From Cetorhinus maximus (taxonomy: Eukaryota), in the NCBI RefSeq assembly GCF_964194155.1, contig NC_135897.1, positions 48,360,001-48,424,000 on the forward strand: DNA of 64,000 bases. The letters run 5' to 3'. A program made the translations under genes and the position numbers. Position 1 is the first letter of the stretch; each line of letters begins with the position of its first letter. The notes below the pieces were generated by a model. The model was not told the origin of the DNA and did no database searches. It saw nothing but the letters and a program-made list of their open reading frames with translations. Shown here piece after piece: positions 35,041-47,012 of this stretch.

Positions 35041-36033
35041 GAATCATTATGATTCACCAGGGATAAACCCTCAGTGATACGATTGCCACATTTAAAATTT
35101 TGTGATCATTTCGCTTCAAATAAAGACAGTAAAAAAAATGCATAAAATTAACCAGTATTTTTATGTTCAAGCAAATAATTGTCTTAAATCTTCAATTAAT
35201 GGCGGGTTCTTACCTTGCTCTTCTGCCATCTATCATGTGGGTGGGTTTCCCTTAGACAAAATACAAACAACTTTCAGAAAATTTAAGATCTTGTTCATGA
35301 AATGTCAGATTTAATCTCAATTTAACTCACACCCTAAGCACATTCCGCAAAACAACTTGTAAGTAATATATTCAATTGACATTAAGGAATATATGGTATA
35401 ATATGCAATGATGTAGTGACAACTTTATATAAATGTAAATTTAAATGCTTTTTAATGTTAAATATTTATATATTGTTATACTGTCATTTAAGAGTCCCAT
35501 AGGGAAACATCATTTGGTTTATTACTACACTACATGTAGAGCCTGCATAAATCAGAATTCAAGATATGAGGTGATCAACAAGCATTACTGAGTCAACTTA
35601 CAGTAAATTGCACATTGCATCATTATATACAAAATTCCAAAGAAATTTTATAGAGCAAAACATGATATTGCAATTCTTAAGAAAAGCTTGAATATATTGC
35701 CTGGATTTTGCAGTAGAAGTAACAATGAGGCAATCAGCAGCTACTGTTACTGTGGAGTAAATAAGATGGCAACCTCCAACATTTGCGCAAGCACAGTTAA
35801 ACACAGAATCAGAAAGTTGCTTCCCAATTTGCCCCCTCCACTACACAGTACCTCACCGAGAAGTTCAGCATTCAAACACAGGGACACAGTAAGGTTGCAG
35901 TACTTACCATGAGATAGATACCCACTAAAAGCACCAGAAAAACTGAGGGCTTGTTCGTTCAAGTGCAAGTGAATTTCTAAAGGCGTGATAAATCTTAATT
36001 ACCATGAAGCAACCTCTTGGCCACTGTAAACTT

Positions 36034-37935
36034 CACAGAATCACAGTGCAGGAGGCCCTTTGGCCCATCGAGTCTGCACTGACACGTGAGAAACACCTGA
36101 CCTACCTACCTAATCCCATTTACCAGCACTTGGCCCATAGCCTTGAATGTTATGACGTGCCAAGTGCTCATCCAGGTACTTTTTAAAGGATGTGAGGCAA
36201 CCCGCCTGCACCACCCTCCCAGGCAGTGCATTCCAGACTGTCACCACCCTCTGGGTAAAAAAGATTTTCCTCACATCCCCCCTAAACCTCCTGCCCCTCA
36301 CCTTGAACTTATGCCCCTTGTGACTGACCCTTCAAATAAGGGGAACAGCTGCTCCCTATCCACCCTGTCCATGCCCCTCATAATCTTGTACACCTCGATC
36401 AGGTCTTCTCTGCTCCAACGAAAACAACCCAAGTCTATCCAACCTCTCTTCATAACTTAAATGTTTCATCCTAGGCAACATCCTGGTGAATCTCCTCTGC
36501 ACCCCATCCGGTGCAATCACATCCTTCCTATAATGTGGCGACCAGAACTGCACACAGTACTCCAGCTGTGGCCTCACCAAGGTTCTATACAACTCCAATA
36601 TGACCTCCCTACTTTTGTAATCTATGTCTTGACTGATAAAGGCAAGTGTCCCATATGCTTTTTTCACCACCCCACTAACATGCCCCTCCGCCTTCAGAGA
36701 TCGATGGACACACATGCCAAGGTCCCTTTGTTCCTCAGAACTTCCTAGTGCCATGCCATTCATTGAATACTTCCTTGTCAAGTTACTCCTTCCAAAGTGT
36801 ATCACCTCACACTTTTCAGGGTTAAATTCCATCTGCCACTTATCTGTCCATTTGACCATCCCGTCTATATCTTCCTGTAGCCCAAGACACTCAACCTTCC
36901 TGTTAACCACCCGGCCAATCTTTGTGCCATCCGCAAACTTACTAATCCTACCCCCACAAAGTCATCTATGTCGGTTATATAAATGAAGAATAATAGGGGA
37001 CCGAGCACAGAACCCTGTGGTACGCCACTGGACACTGGCTTCCAGTCACTAAAGCATCCTTCTGTCATCACCCTCTGCCTCCTACAACTAAGCCAATTTT
37101 GAGTCCACCTTATCAAATTACCCTGTATCCCATGTGCCTTTGCCTTCTTTATAAGTCTCCCATGTGGGACCTTGTCAAAGGCTTTGCTCAAATCCATATA
37201 AACTACATCAATTGCACTACCCTCATCTACACACCTGGTCACCTCCTCAAAAAATTCAATCAAATTTGTTAGGCATGACCTCCCTCTGACAAAGCCATGC
37301 TGACTATCCCTGATCAAACCTTGCCTCTCCAAGTGGAGGTAGATACTCTCCTTCAGAAATTTCTCCAATAGTTTCCCTACCACTGTCGTGAGACTCACTG
37401 GCCTGTAGTTCCCTGGCTTATCTCTACAACCCTTCTTAAATAGCGGAACCACATTAGCTGTTCTCCAGTTCTCTGGCACCTCCCCAGTGGCCAGAGAGGA
37501 ATTAAAAATTTGAGTCAGAGCCCCTGCAATCTCCTCCCTTGCCTCTCTCAGCAGTCTGGGACACAAATCATACGGACCCGGAGATTTGTCCACTTTTAAG
37601 CCTGCCAACACCTCCAATACCTTGTCGCTCCCTATATCAATTTGCTTAAGAACCTCGCAGTCTCTCTCCCCAAGTTCGATACCTTCGTCCTCATTCTCTT
37701 GGGTGAAGACGGACGTGAAGTATTCATTCAACGCTCTAGCGATGTCCTCTGGCTCCACCCATAGATTTCCCCCTTGGTCCCTTTTGGGCCCTTTCCCTGG
37801 TTATCCTCTTCCCATTGATATACTTATAGAATATCTTGGGATTTTCCCTACTTTTACCAGCCAGAGCTTTCTCATATCCCCTCCTTGCTCTCCTAATTGC
37901 TTTCTTAAGCTCCACCCTGCACTGTCTGTACTCCA
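36034..37935 (-). mobile_element. CR1 LINE, 5'-truncated and frameshifted
   Basis: KSPGP, PGNYRPVSLT, QHGFVRGRSCLTNL, DLSKAFDKVPH, GVPQGSVLGP and RPQLEYCVQFW. Confidence 0.95.
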
Positions 37936-38203
37936 CTTACCCACTTTGCAAGGGTGGAGTTTTATTCCTTTAGAATCATTGTTGGAATTTTTTCAAAAAT
38001 GAAAATTGCAACAAATCCTTTTGATTTTACTTTTTCTGTCTCGTTCAACTCTCTCTCTTAGTCCCATCTTTCTTTCCCTCTTTTTATTTTGCTTCCTGTT
38101 CGTGACTTTGCATTGAATTATTTTTTCTAACATACACTTCCTGGTTCAGACTCTGCATGCCTAAGCAAGGATTCTCCAATTTGTTTGTCTAAGAAGAAAT
38201 GCT

Positions 38204-39013
38204 GGCCCAGATCTTCCAGTACCCAGATAGTTGGAACCCGGAAGATGTGCTACAGGACTCCTCAGAAGTCCCAATGCAAGGACTCCATGGGAATTGCCCA
38301 GGAAGTTTGAACTTCTGATGGGCAATTCCCCTACTCTCCAGGACCCTCTGAAAAAATCTCCAACTCTGATTTAGAGTCGGCGACTTCAGACAGTTCCAAC
38401 TCACCTACCTGAATATTTACCCAGGCAATATTAGACAGGAAAAGTCCTAGTCTAACATCTGGGTGACTATACAACTGACCGCCCCCCAATCACTCACATT
38501 GACCCCTCCCCTGACTCCCACCTGAATGCCCAACTATACCCCTGACCCTCAGACTAACCCGACTCCCCCGAACCTGACCTGACTAGACCCCCGACCTGAC
38601 CTGATGGGCCCCAGCACCCGACTCCCCCACTGACTCCCCAATTATCCCCCCAACCCAACCTCAATTCCTACCAACCACCCTACCCACCTCACCCACATAA
38701 CCACCTACCACCCTAGCCCCCTTACCCATTTACCTTACATACTTACCATCTCTCCATAGCTGTTTTCAAAACAGCTTTGGGACATTTAAACTCTTTACTT
38801 ACTGGAATATGGCAGCCAGCACCATAAAAGGGGGACATGGCTTCTGCGCAGATTCTCTGTGCTTCTCCCTATGAGGATTGCTGCATTGGGTCAGATGTGA
38901 AGGATCCTCCATTGAAAGATTGCTCGGAAAAATCAGTGGAAGGTAAGTGTGCATTTTCTTGTACGATCAAGGTTGGAAATAGGGTTTCCAATCCTGATCG
39001 GAAGATCTGGGCC
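38204..39013. mobile_element. Non-autonomous TIR element, family C
   Basis: Perfect 14-bp TIR ggcccagatcttcc / ggaagatctgggcc. Internally homologous to 57318-58039. TSD unclear. Confidence 0.75.
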
Positions 39014-39684
39014 ATTGTTGTTTGTCCTGTTCACGTAGGTATGTCATGATGTTGTGACCTGTGCATATCTGATATTAATCTTTAATTTCATTGGCTGGTC
39101 AATTATACATTGAACTGCTTTTAAAGGACTTTTAAAAAGCAAGCAAAGGCACTAACTTAAGATGGCTGTCACAAGTCACCTGATGGCTAGTATTACAAAT
39201 TGGCCATTTCTGGAAGTTTCCAATGTCAATTACGATTAAGAGATGTACTGACAACCTCCTATGGAATTTCACACCTGCTGATGTCAAGAACTATTTCAAA
39301 AGGTTTACTGAAATTGTACTAGACCTCACCATTTGCATTTCTATAAAGCTACCTCTCAAGCGGATACAGAGAGTCTACTGGGAGAATAACTATATGGAAG
39401 GTGTTCTTCTTATCTCATCAAGATGGATGTTGGGTCATTCAGGAGTTAATGGCTGGGACATTATGTGGGTGAGGTGGGTAGGCCATAAAACAATAGCTAT
39501 GGTCGGTCCGGGGAGAGAGGTCATGTGACTAGAATAACCACTTTTAAATGTTTTTTATTACAACACCCAAGCTGCTAAGCAAGGGTCTGGGAGAAATCTG
39601 CCAAATGGAGCAGTAACACCATTTCTCTCTCTCAAGTTCAAGACCCTATCTCTATTATAGTTTGAAATCCAGCACAGAGACAGA

Positions 39685-40401
39685 GGGCTGAATTTTGCCG
39701 TCAGCGAGCAGGGGGCGGGGCCCACTTGCCGACGAGAAAATGACGCAGGATGATATCGAGGGGAACCCCCGACGTCATCCCGCCCCATTTAAACCTTCAG
39801 GAAGGTGGGGGCACAGTGAGATCAGCTGTCCGCCCGCCGACCTGTCAATGGCCAATTGAAGCCATTGACAGGATAATTAGAACAATTAAAGGACCTGCCC
39901 GTCTAACCTTAAGGTTGGCGGGCAGGCCAGGGGCCCCAGCGGGCTTCTGAAAAAACATGAAACCTCATCCACCGGCGGGATGAGGTTTCATGTAGGGTTT
40001 TAAAAAATTTATTAAAGTTTCAGTGAAATTTATTAACATGTCCCATCTCATGTGACATTGTCACATGAGGGGGACATGTTAAGGACCTTTTTATTTTTCT
40101 GTTTTTAAAGTTTATACAACTGTCAGCGATCTCCCTGAGGCAGCACCTAGCCTCAGGGAGATGTGTGCTCTTTCACGCGCATGTGTGAAATAGCGCACTC
40201 TCGCTTTTGGGGAATCCCCCCCCGCCCCCCCACCCGCACAGAAAGTGCATAGCGCTTCCTGCCGGACATCACGCTGGGCGGGCCTTAATTGGCCCGCCTA
40301 CTTAAAATAGCAGCGGGGCCCTCTTCTCCGGCGGGGATCGGCTCCCTGCCCGCCGGCGATTGGGTTGGGCCCGTCCGCCCGACAGGCAGAAAATTCTGCC
40401 C
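39685..40401 (+). mobile_element. Harbinger-type MITE, family A
   Basis: TIR gggctgaatttt / aaaattctgccc; TSD aga. Confidence 0.92.
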
Positions 40402-41814
40402 AGAGAATTTTCAATCGAAAAGAACATCAGATGCAAAAATCATTAACTTTTGGAAAAGATGGATTATGTTAAAATAAAAAGAATTTGCTTACATGGACTT
40501 CAACTCTGCTGAATTTTCAAGACCACCATGAAAAATTCTGCTTCAGTCACGGAAACCAGCAAAGGACACATAAACAGTGAACTCTCTATTTTTTACCTTT
40601 TAGGAGTGAATTTTAATTTGACCAAAAAGCAACCTCCTACTGTATAACTTGTTATTTTTGCATTTGCATATGTGTGTGTTGCGAAGATCAGGATGTCGGT
40701 TTACCTTTTTAATTATTTTTATATCTTTACCTGAGTGGGTTTTTAGTTCAATAACCCCTTAGTGCTTTAAACTCAAGGACACTTGTCAGGCTGGTTTCTC
40801 TGCAATCAGCACCTAAACGGTTAAGCACAGACATTGAATTAATACCTTCATCTTTATAAATTCACAAATAAAACCCTGTTATGGTCAGACCTGGAGTGGT
40901 AGAATAGGGAATCATTTCACCCCTCTTCCTCCTGTTCTATATCCTATATTTTTTTATATAAGGCTCCAGATCCCTGTAAAGGGTGGTGCACTGTTTCAGA
41001 TGCCTGATGACTATAATTTGCTGCTCGAAAGCCCACGAAAAGTCTGTGGACAGTTAGAAGCGTAATGAATGGAAAGTCCAATACTTTACCACTGCTGCTA
41101 TTTAAACTATGTTAATTCATGTTTCTCACTTCAAAATTATAGAATGCCATCTTTTGATTTGTCATGAATGAAATGCCTGCAAGCAATCAATGTGCAGTAT
41201 TATTACAATTGAGAAAGGCAGGAGGGGAGGCTTTACGCACAGCAATTAGTTCAAATTTCCAATCACTCAAAGACATACATCATCATAGAACCATAGCAGT
41301 TTACAACACACAAAAAGGTTATTCGTCTAATCATGTGGGTGCCGGATCTTTGCAAAGGCATTTCAAAACTAATTTAAGTGTCCTGCTTTTTCCGTCTAGC
41401 CATTAATCTTCCTCTGGTTCAAATATTTATCCAGTTTTCCTTTCAAGATGCTATAGTCTCTGCCTTAATAATTGTCTTTTGCAAAATAATCTATGATCCA
41501 TCTATCCTCTGCATGAAAACAATTTCCTAACTTTTCTTTTCACTCTCCTGGTGATAACTTTAAATTGATGACATTGTATCACAGCTTCCCCAACCAGAGG
41601 GAATAGTCCTTTCCTATTCATTGTATCAAAACTCTTCCTAATTTACAAAACCACTATTAAACCTTCTTTTAGCCTCATCCACTCCATTGGAATAATTCAG
41701 GAGTTGGGGTGTTCATCCTGAAGCCTAGTGGAAACTGGGTGGGTGGGGGGAGACGGGGCAACAGTTAAAATACCCTGGGTTATTTACCAAGGAACTATTT
41801 CTGATATTAACAAA

Positions 41815-42025
41815 AACAAAAATACCTGGAAAAACTCAGCAGGTCTGGCAGCATCTGCGGAGAGGAACACAGTTAACGTTTCGAGTCCGAATGACCCTTC
41901 AACAGAACTAAGTAAAAATAGAAGAGAGATGAAATCTAAGCTGGTTATAAACCAGATCTGCTGAGTTTTTCCAGGTATTTTTGTTTTTGTTTTGGATTTC
42001 TAGCATCCGCAGTTTTTTGCTTTTA
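41815..42025. mobile_element. Inverted-pLTR Penelope-derived mini-element
   Basis: A minus-oriented pLTR with HHR motif (41871-41909) is followed by a plus-oriented pLTR tail. Flanking repeat tctgatattaacaaa at 41800-41814 and 42026-42040. Confidence 0.85.
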
Positions 42026-42832
42026 TCTGATATTAACAAATGTTTCTTGACAGGCTTTAAACCACTCACCCAATATTGGTTCAAACACACATATGCTGAT
42101 GGGTGTCCAGTGACATGGTTGACCCCTGGCCAATTTTAACTTTGGTGTAAGCAGGGAAACCATCGCTGCTTTTCCACCAGGTGAAGACCAGTGTATCAGG
42201 AACCAATTAGCGGTTTGTTAATAGGCCCTGGCAGTTAAAATTCACATGGCTTCATACTGTGACAGGCTAACTGAGATCGGTGGTTTTGTGCCAGAAACCC
42301 GCTGGCTATTAAAAACCTCTTGCCCCGTCCTATGCGGTATCAGAGTCTTTTCTCAGAAACAGTCGCCCATCGCTGACATCAGCATACTGGATCTATATTC
42401 TCTTTATCTATGACTTTGAGATACTCAAAACTGTTCAGAACTCTCTCTCACTGTGGTCTAGTTAATATTTGGTATACATTTATAATTACTCCTTCATTCA
42501 TGTACATTGTTCTCCTATTTGTATGTACCAAAATACAGTTGTTTTCTCTACCTGCACCTATATATCCAGGGAATGATGTATTTCAATCCTTAGGTCTTTC
42601 TGTTCATCCATACCCTTCAGTGTCTTTTCACTAAATGTAAGTATACTCCATGTTTTATTTCCAACTCTAACATGGAGTTCTTCACACTTATCCATATTAA
42701 ATTGCCTCTGCCATTTATAAGCTCATTCCACCAATTTTTCCTATGTTACCATGAAGTCTCTTACAATCCTCAAACGTTTGCACAACTTCTAATCTTTGCA
42801 TCATCATAAAATTTCAATGTCCTATATCCTAT

Positions 42833-43260
42833 ATTTTTAAAAATTTATTCTTTCGCAAGATATGGACTTCACTGGCTAGGCCACTATTTCTCGCCCATCC
42901 CTAATTGCCCTTGAGGAGGTGGTGGTGAGCTGCCTTCATGAACTGTTGCAGTCCATGTGGTGTAAGTATGTCCAGAGTGCTATTAGGAAGGGGGTTCCAG
43001 ATTTTTGACCCAGCGACAGTGAAGGAATAGTGATATAGTTCCAAATCAGGATGGTGTGTGGCTTGGAGGGGCACTTTAAGGTGGTAGTGTTCCCATGCAT
43101 CTGCTGTCCTTGTCCTTCTAGGTGGTGGAGGTCACAGTTTGGAAGGTGCTGTCGAAGGAGGCTTGGTAAGTTGCTGCAGTGCATCTTGTAGGTGGTATGT
43201 ACTGCTGTCACTGAGTGCTGGTGATGGAGGGAGTGAATGTTTGAGATGGTGGATGGTGTC
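42833..43260 (-). mobile_element. LINE 3' fragment (family of 10449-12678)
   Basis: IHSLHHQHSVTAVHTTYKMHC and the shared 3' tail. Confidence 0.85.
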
Positions 43261-43557
43261 ATGAACACTTTAATCACAGAAAATGGTTCATCATCAAGGA
43301 CTTAGGACATTCTGGAAGAGCTTGTGTTTTAAAAGACACTGTCCCTTACTCTGATTGCTATTCCTGGAAAAAGCATCCTTTTACAATAAAGGGTAATTAA
43401 ACAGTTGAAAAAAAAACTGCCATCTTCTTGACCGGGTGAACTTTGTACAAAGGGGATCACATGGGTTTTATGACTCTTAAAAAAAAAGCCATGCCTGGAA
43501 GACTGTGTTTTAAAACTGGATTTTGGTTTTGCTTTGAGAAGAGAAGGACCATTCCTT

Positions 43558-43783
43558 GGGTAGAATTTTCAGGTCAGCGGGCCCGGGGAGCGACCAGGGA
43601 ACGGGCCACCACCCATAATCGGCCCCTGACCACGATTTCACGCTGGCTGGCCAATTAATGGTCAGCCAATGCGAAACATGTGCTGAAAAGCTCAGCACTG
43701 CCGGCGTGGGGGCGGGGTGAGGGCGAGTGCGCTGAAGTCAGCACGGGCCAGGGGAGCGCGAAAAGAAAGCTCACTGAAGGCAG
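43558..43783. mobile_element. Partial Harbinger-type MITE
   Basis: One TIR gggtagaatttt with a family A-like subterminal region. Confidence 0.55.
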
Positions 43784-44218
43784 ATTGTGTGTGTGTTTGT
43801 TTGTTTACTGTACATTGGTAAGCTTTGCTTTTCTATTTGACATGACTGGTTTTATAATAAACTATTAACTTTGTTGTTTATTGAATGAAGCCTGGTTAAA
43901 GTCTATTATTTCTGGGTGCCAGTAGTGAATTTAAACAATTGGCCACGTTGGTGAATAAATTAAACTTTTAAACTAATGGTACAACCTCTGGAGTAGAGGG
44001 GCTAGATCAGCTGCGCACTCTTCCCATCCCAGTCATAACAATGGGGTCACAATCAACTGGGCTGCTTTGTCTAATCATCATAATGTGAACAGAGTAGTTG
44101 AGCTCATGCGATATGATCCAAACAGGATTTAAATATTGTGAAGTGCTCTGGAATGCCAGAGGTTCTTTGAAATGCAATGTTACTCAAGTATGTAGTATCA
44201 AATGATTTTTAACACTAT

Positions 44219-44879
44219 GACCTGAATTTTTCAGGCGGCGGACGGGCTCGGCGGGAATGGGCAGGGGCGGTCGCGGAGCTGATCACCGTCTGCGATCGGC
44301 CCCACGCCGCTATTTTACATAGGTGGACCAATTAAGGCCCACCCAGCATAAGACACAAGCCGTAGCGCTCAGCACTACCAGTGTGGGCTGGGGGGAGAAG
44401 GGAGAGTCAAGGCACTGAACTGCCTCAGGGAGATTGAATCGATATTGAAATAATTAAATAAGTGGAGAAAATATTTTATTAAACATGTCCCCTCATGTCA
44501 CTGTGTCACATGAGACGGGACATGTTTTTAGATCTCGGAGAAATTTCTTATTTATTTAATAAAAGCTTTAGGAAACCTCATCCTGCTCATGGATGAAGTT
44601 TCCTAAAAACGTAAAGGCCGCATGGCCTTTTCGCCTGCCTGCCAACCTTAAGGTTGGACGGGCAACGTTAACAATTACATTAATTACATGCTTAATGTAA
44701 TGGCCTCAATAGGCCATTTATATATCGGCAGGCGCGCAGCGGACTCCGCACCCGCCCACCAAACGAAACATCGCTAGACAGAATGATGACATCGGGACGC
44801 ACGCCCGATATCAGCGTGCGGAATTTTACATGTCAGCGTGTCAGGCCCACCCCCACATTCCAACTGAAAAATCCTGCCC
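44219..44879 (-). mobile_element. Harbinger-type MITE, family A-related
   Basis: TSD tat. The empty site is visible in the duplicate at ~46885. Confidence 0.88.
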
Positions 44880-45010
44880 TATATCAATTTCCTGAATATT
44901 TCTGAAGTTAATATCAGAGCCTTGAGATACAAAAGGAATTGAAACAGCAGGAAGGGTCTGTATCGTTATTGCCAATATTTAAGATTAATCATAAAGAATT
45001 GATGTGATCC

Positions 45011-45585
45011 TCTTTGTCCTCGATGGTGTCAAGTTTCTTGAGTGTTATTGGAGTTGCACTCATCCAGGCAAGTGGAGAGTATTCCATCACACTCCTGACT
45101 TGTGCCTTGTAGATGGTGGACAGGCTTTAGGGGGTCAGGAGGTGAATTACACACCACAGCGTTCCCTGCCTCTGACCTGCTCTTGTAGTCACAGTATTTA
45201 TATGGCTGGTGCAATTCAGTTTCTGGTCAAAGGTAAGCCCCAGGATGTTGATAGTAGGGGATTCAGCGTTGGTAATGCCATTTGATGTCAAGGGGCGATC
45301 GTGAGATTCTCTCTTGTTGGAGATGGTCATTGCCTGGCACTTATGTGGCACGAATGTTACTTGCCACTTATCAGTCGAAGCCTGAATGTTATCCAGGTCT
45401 TGCTGCATATGGACATGGACTGCTTTAGTATCTGAGGAGTCGCGAATAGTGCTGAACATTGTGCAATCATCAGCGAATATTCCCACTTCTGACCTTATGA
45501 TGGAGGAAAGGTCATTGATGAAGCAGCTGAAGATGGTTGGGCCAACGACACTACCCTGAGGAACTCTTGCAACTATGTCCCAGGA
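45011..45585 (-). mobile_element. LINE RT fragment (family of 10449-12678)
   Basis: VPQGSVVGPTIFSCFINDL...FADDCT. Confidence 0.9.
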
Positions 45586-46742
45586 CATATTCAATATATT
45601 ATATACGTTCTATATATCATGTTATATACCCTATATATTCTATCCTCTATATTGCATTCTCTATTTATTCACTTCACAATAAAGATCTTTGATGTTTTTG
45701 AGAAAAAATTTCCTTGAAGCTTCTCCCAGTCTGGTACCATAACTTCGATGGATATGAGAAGCATTGCTACACACGCTTACAGGGTTTCCATTGCACTTCT
45801 GGCAAAATGACAGCAGTAAAACATGAGAAACTGAGGAAATTTACTCATAAAATTTTCTTTAGGCAAATATGTTATTTAGAAATTATTGTCTGTCAGACAT
45901 TAAAAGACCAGATGAGGACAAGAGCCTAATTTTTTTCAAAATACAAGTGCTACTTATGTTGAAACAAGTATCATCTTCAAAAAAGCCAACAGTAAACTAT
46001 TTGCAGAATATTTATGACCAAGTTGTACAATTAATTTGATGTATGTTCTAGGATAGGGTCATTACCAGCACTAATATTGACTGACATAGGCAAAGAGAAG
46101 TTGATATACAACAGCACATTTATCGGCGGAGAACTAGAGCTTTTATTTTTGCCCTTGCTTGATATTTTCCTGAATTAGGCCCCTTTGAATTATATATGTT
46201 TTACTTGAATTGAAAATGATAAAAAGCTGACTGGTTCATCACTGCAATGTTCTCCTCATTATTATTATGCAGCCTATGGCGCTCCTGATTTTAACTCCAG
46301 TGATCAGGGCCTGGTGTGCTAAACTTCTGGCGCTGGATATTATCATAGATTAGGAACTGTTTTGGTGCAGGTTTGTCCTAAATTGATTATATTTTTCTCC
46401 AGCTACTTTTATGGTGTCATTTTGCGTCACCATAAAGAAGCATATGCCTAAACCAGGACTTAATAGTAATTAGTATAATTCTACTAATAAACAGATCTCC
46501 CACACTAATATTACTCATGTATCTATAAGTTCCTACAGGTTTCCTGAACAAAGAAAGCTGAAATCGAGAACAACATTTGTTACATGCTTGGATGAGATGT
46601 GGATAGTCAAAGGAAACTGTTTTGAATATTCCAATCCACATGAAACTTCTAAAAATAATTATCCTCAAAAGATAGAGGATTATTTATTCATTTAAATTTT
46701 TAAATATGCTCTAAAAAAATCAAAATAGTGCCTGAGTCAGAG

Positions 46743-47012
46743 ATCATAACAATGTCAACAGAGTAGTTGAGCTCACTGAATATGATCCCGACAGGATGTA
46801 AATATTGTGAAGTGCTCTGGAATGCCAGAGGTTATTTGAAGTGCAATGTTACTCAAGTATGTAATATCAAATGATTTTTAACATTATATCAATTTCCCTA
46901 ATATTTCTGAAGTTAACATCAGAGCCTTGAGACACAAAAAGAATTGAAACTGCTGGAAAGGTCTGTATCGTTATTACCAATATTTAAGATTAATCATAAA
47001 GAATTGATGTGA
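46743..47012 (+). repeat. Direct local duplicate of 44076-44218 + 44883-45007
   Basis: About 270 bp are collinear, from aacagagtagttgagctca to aagaattgatgtga. Confidence 0.9.
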
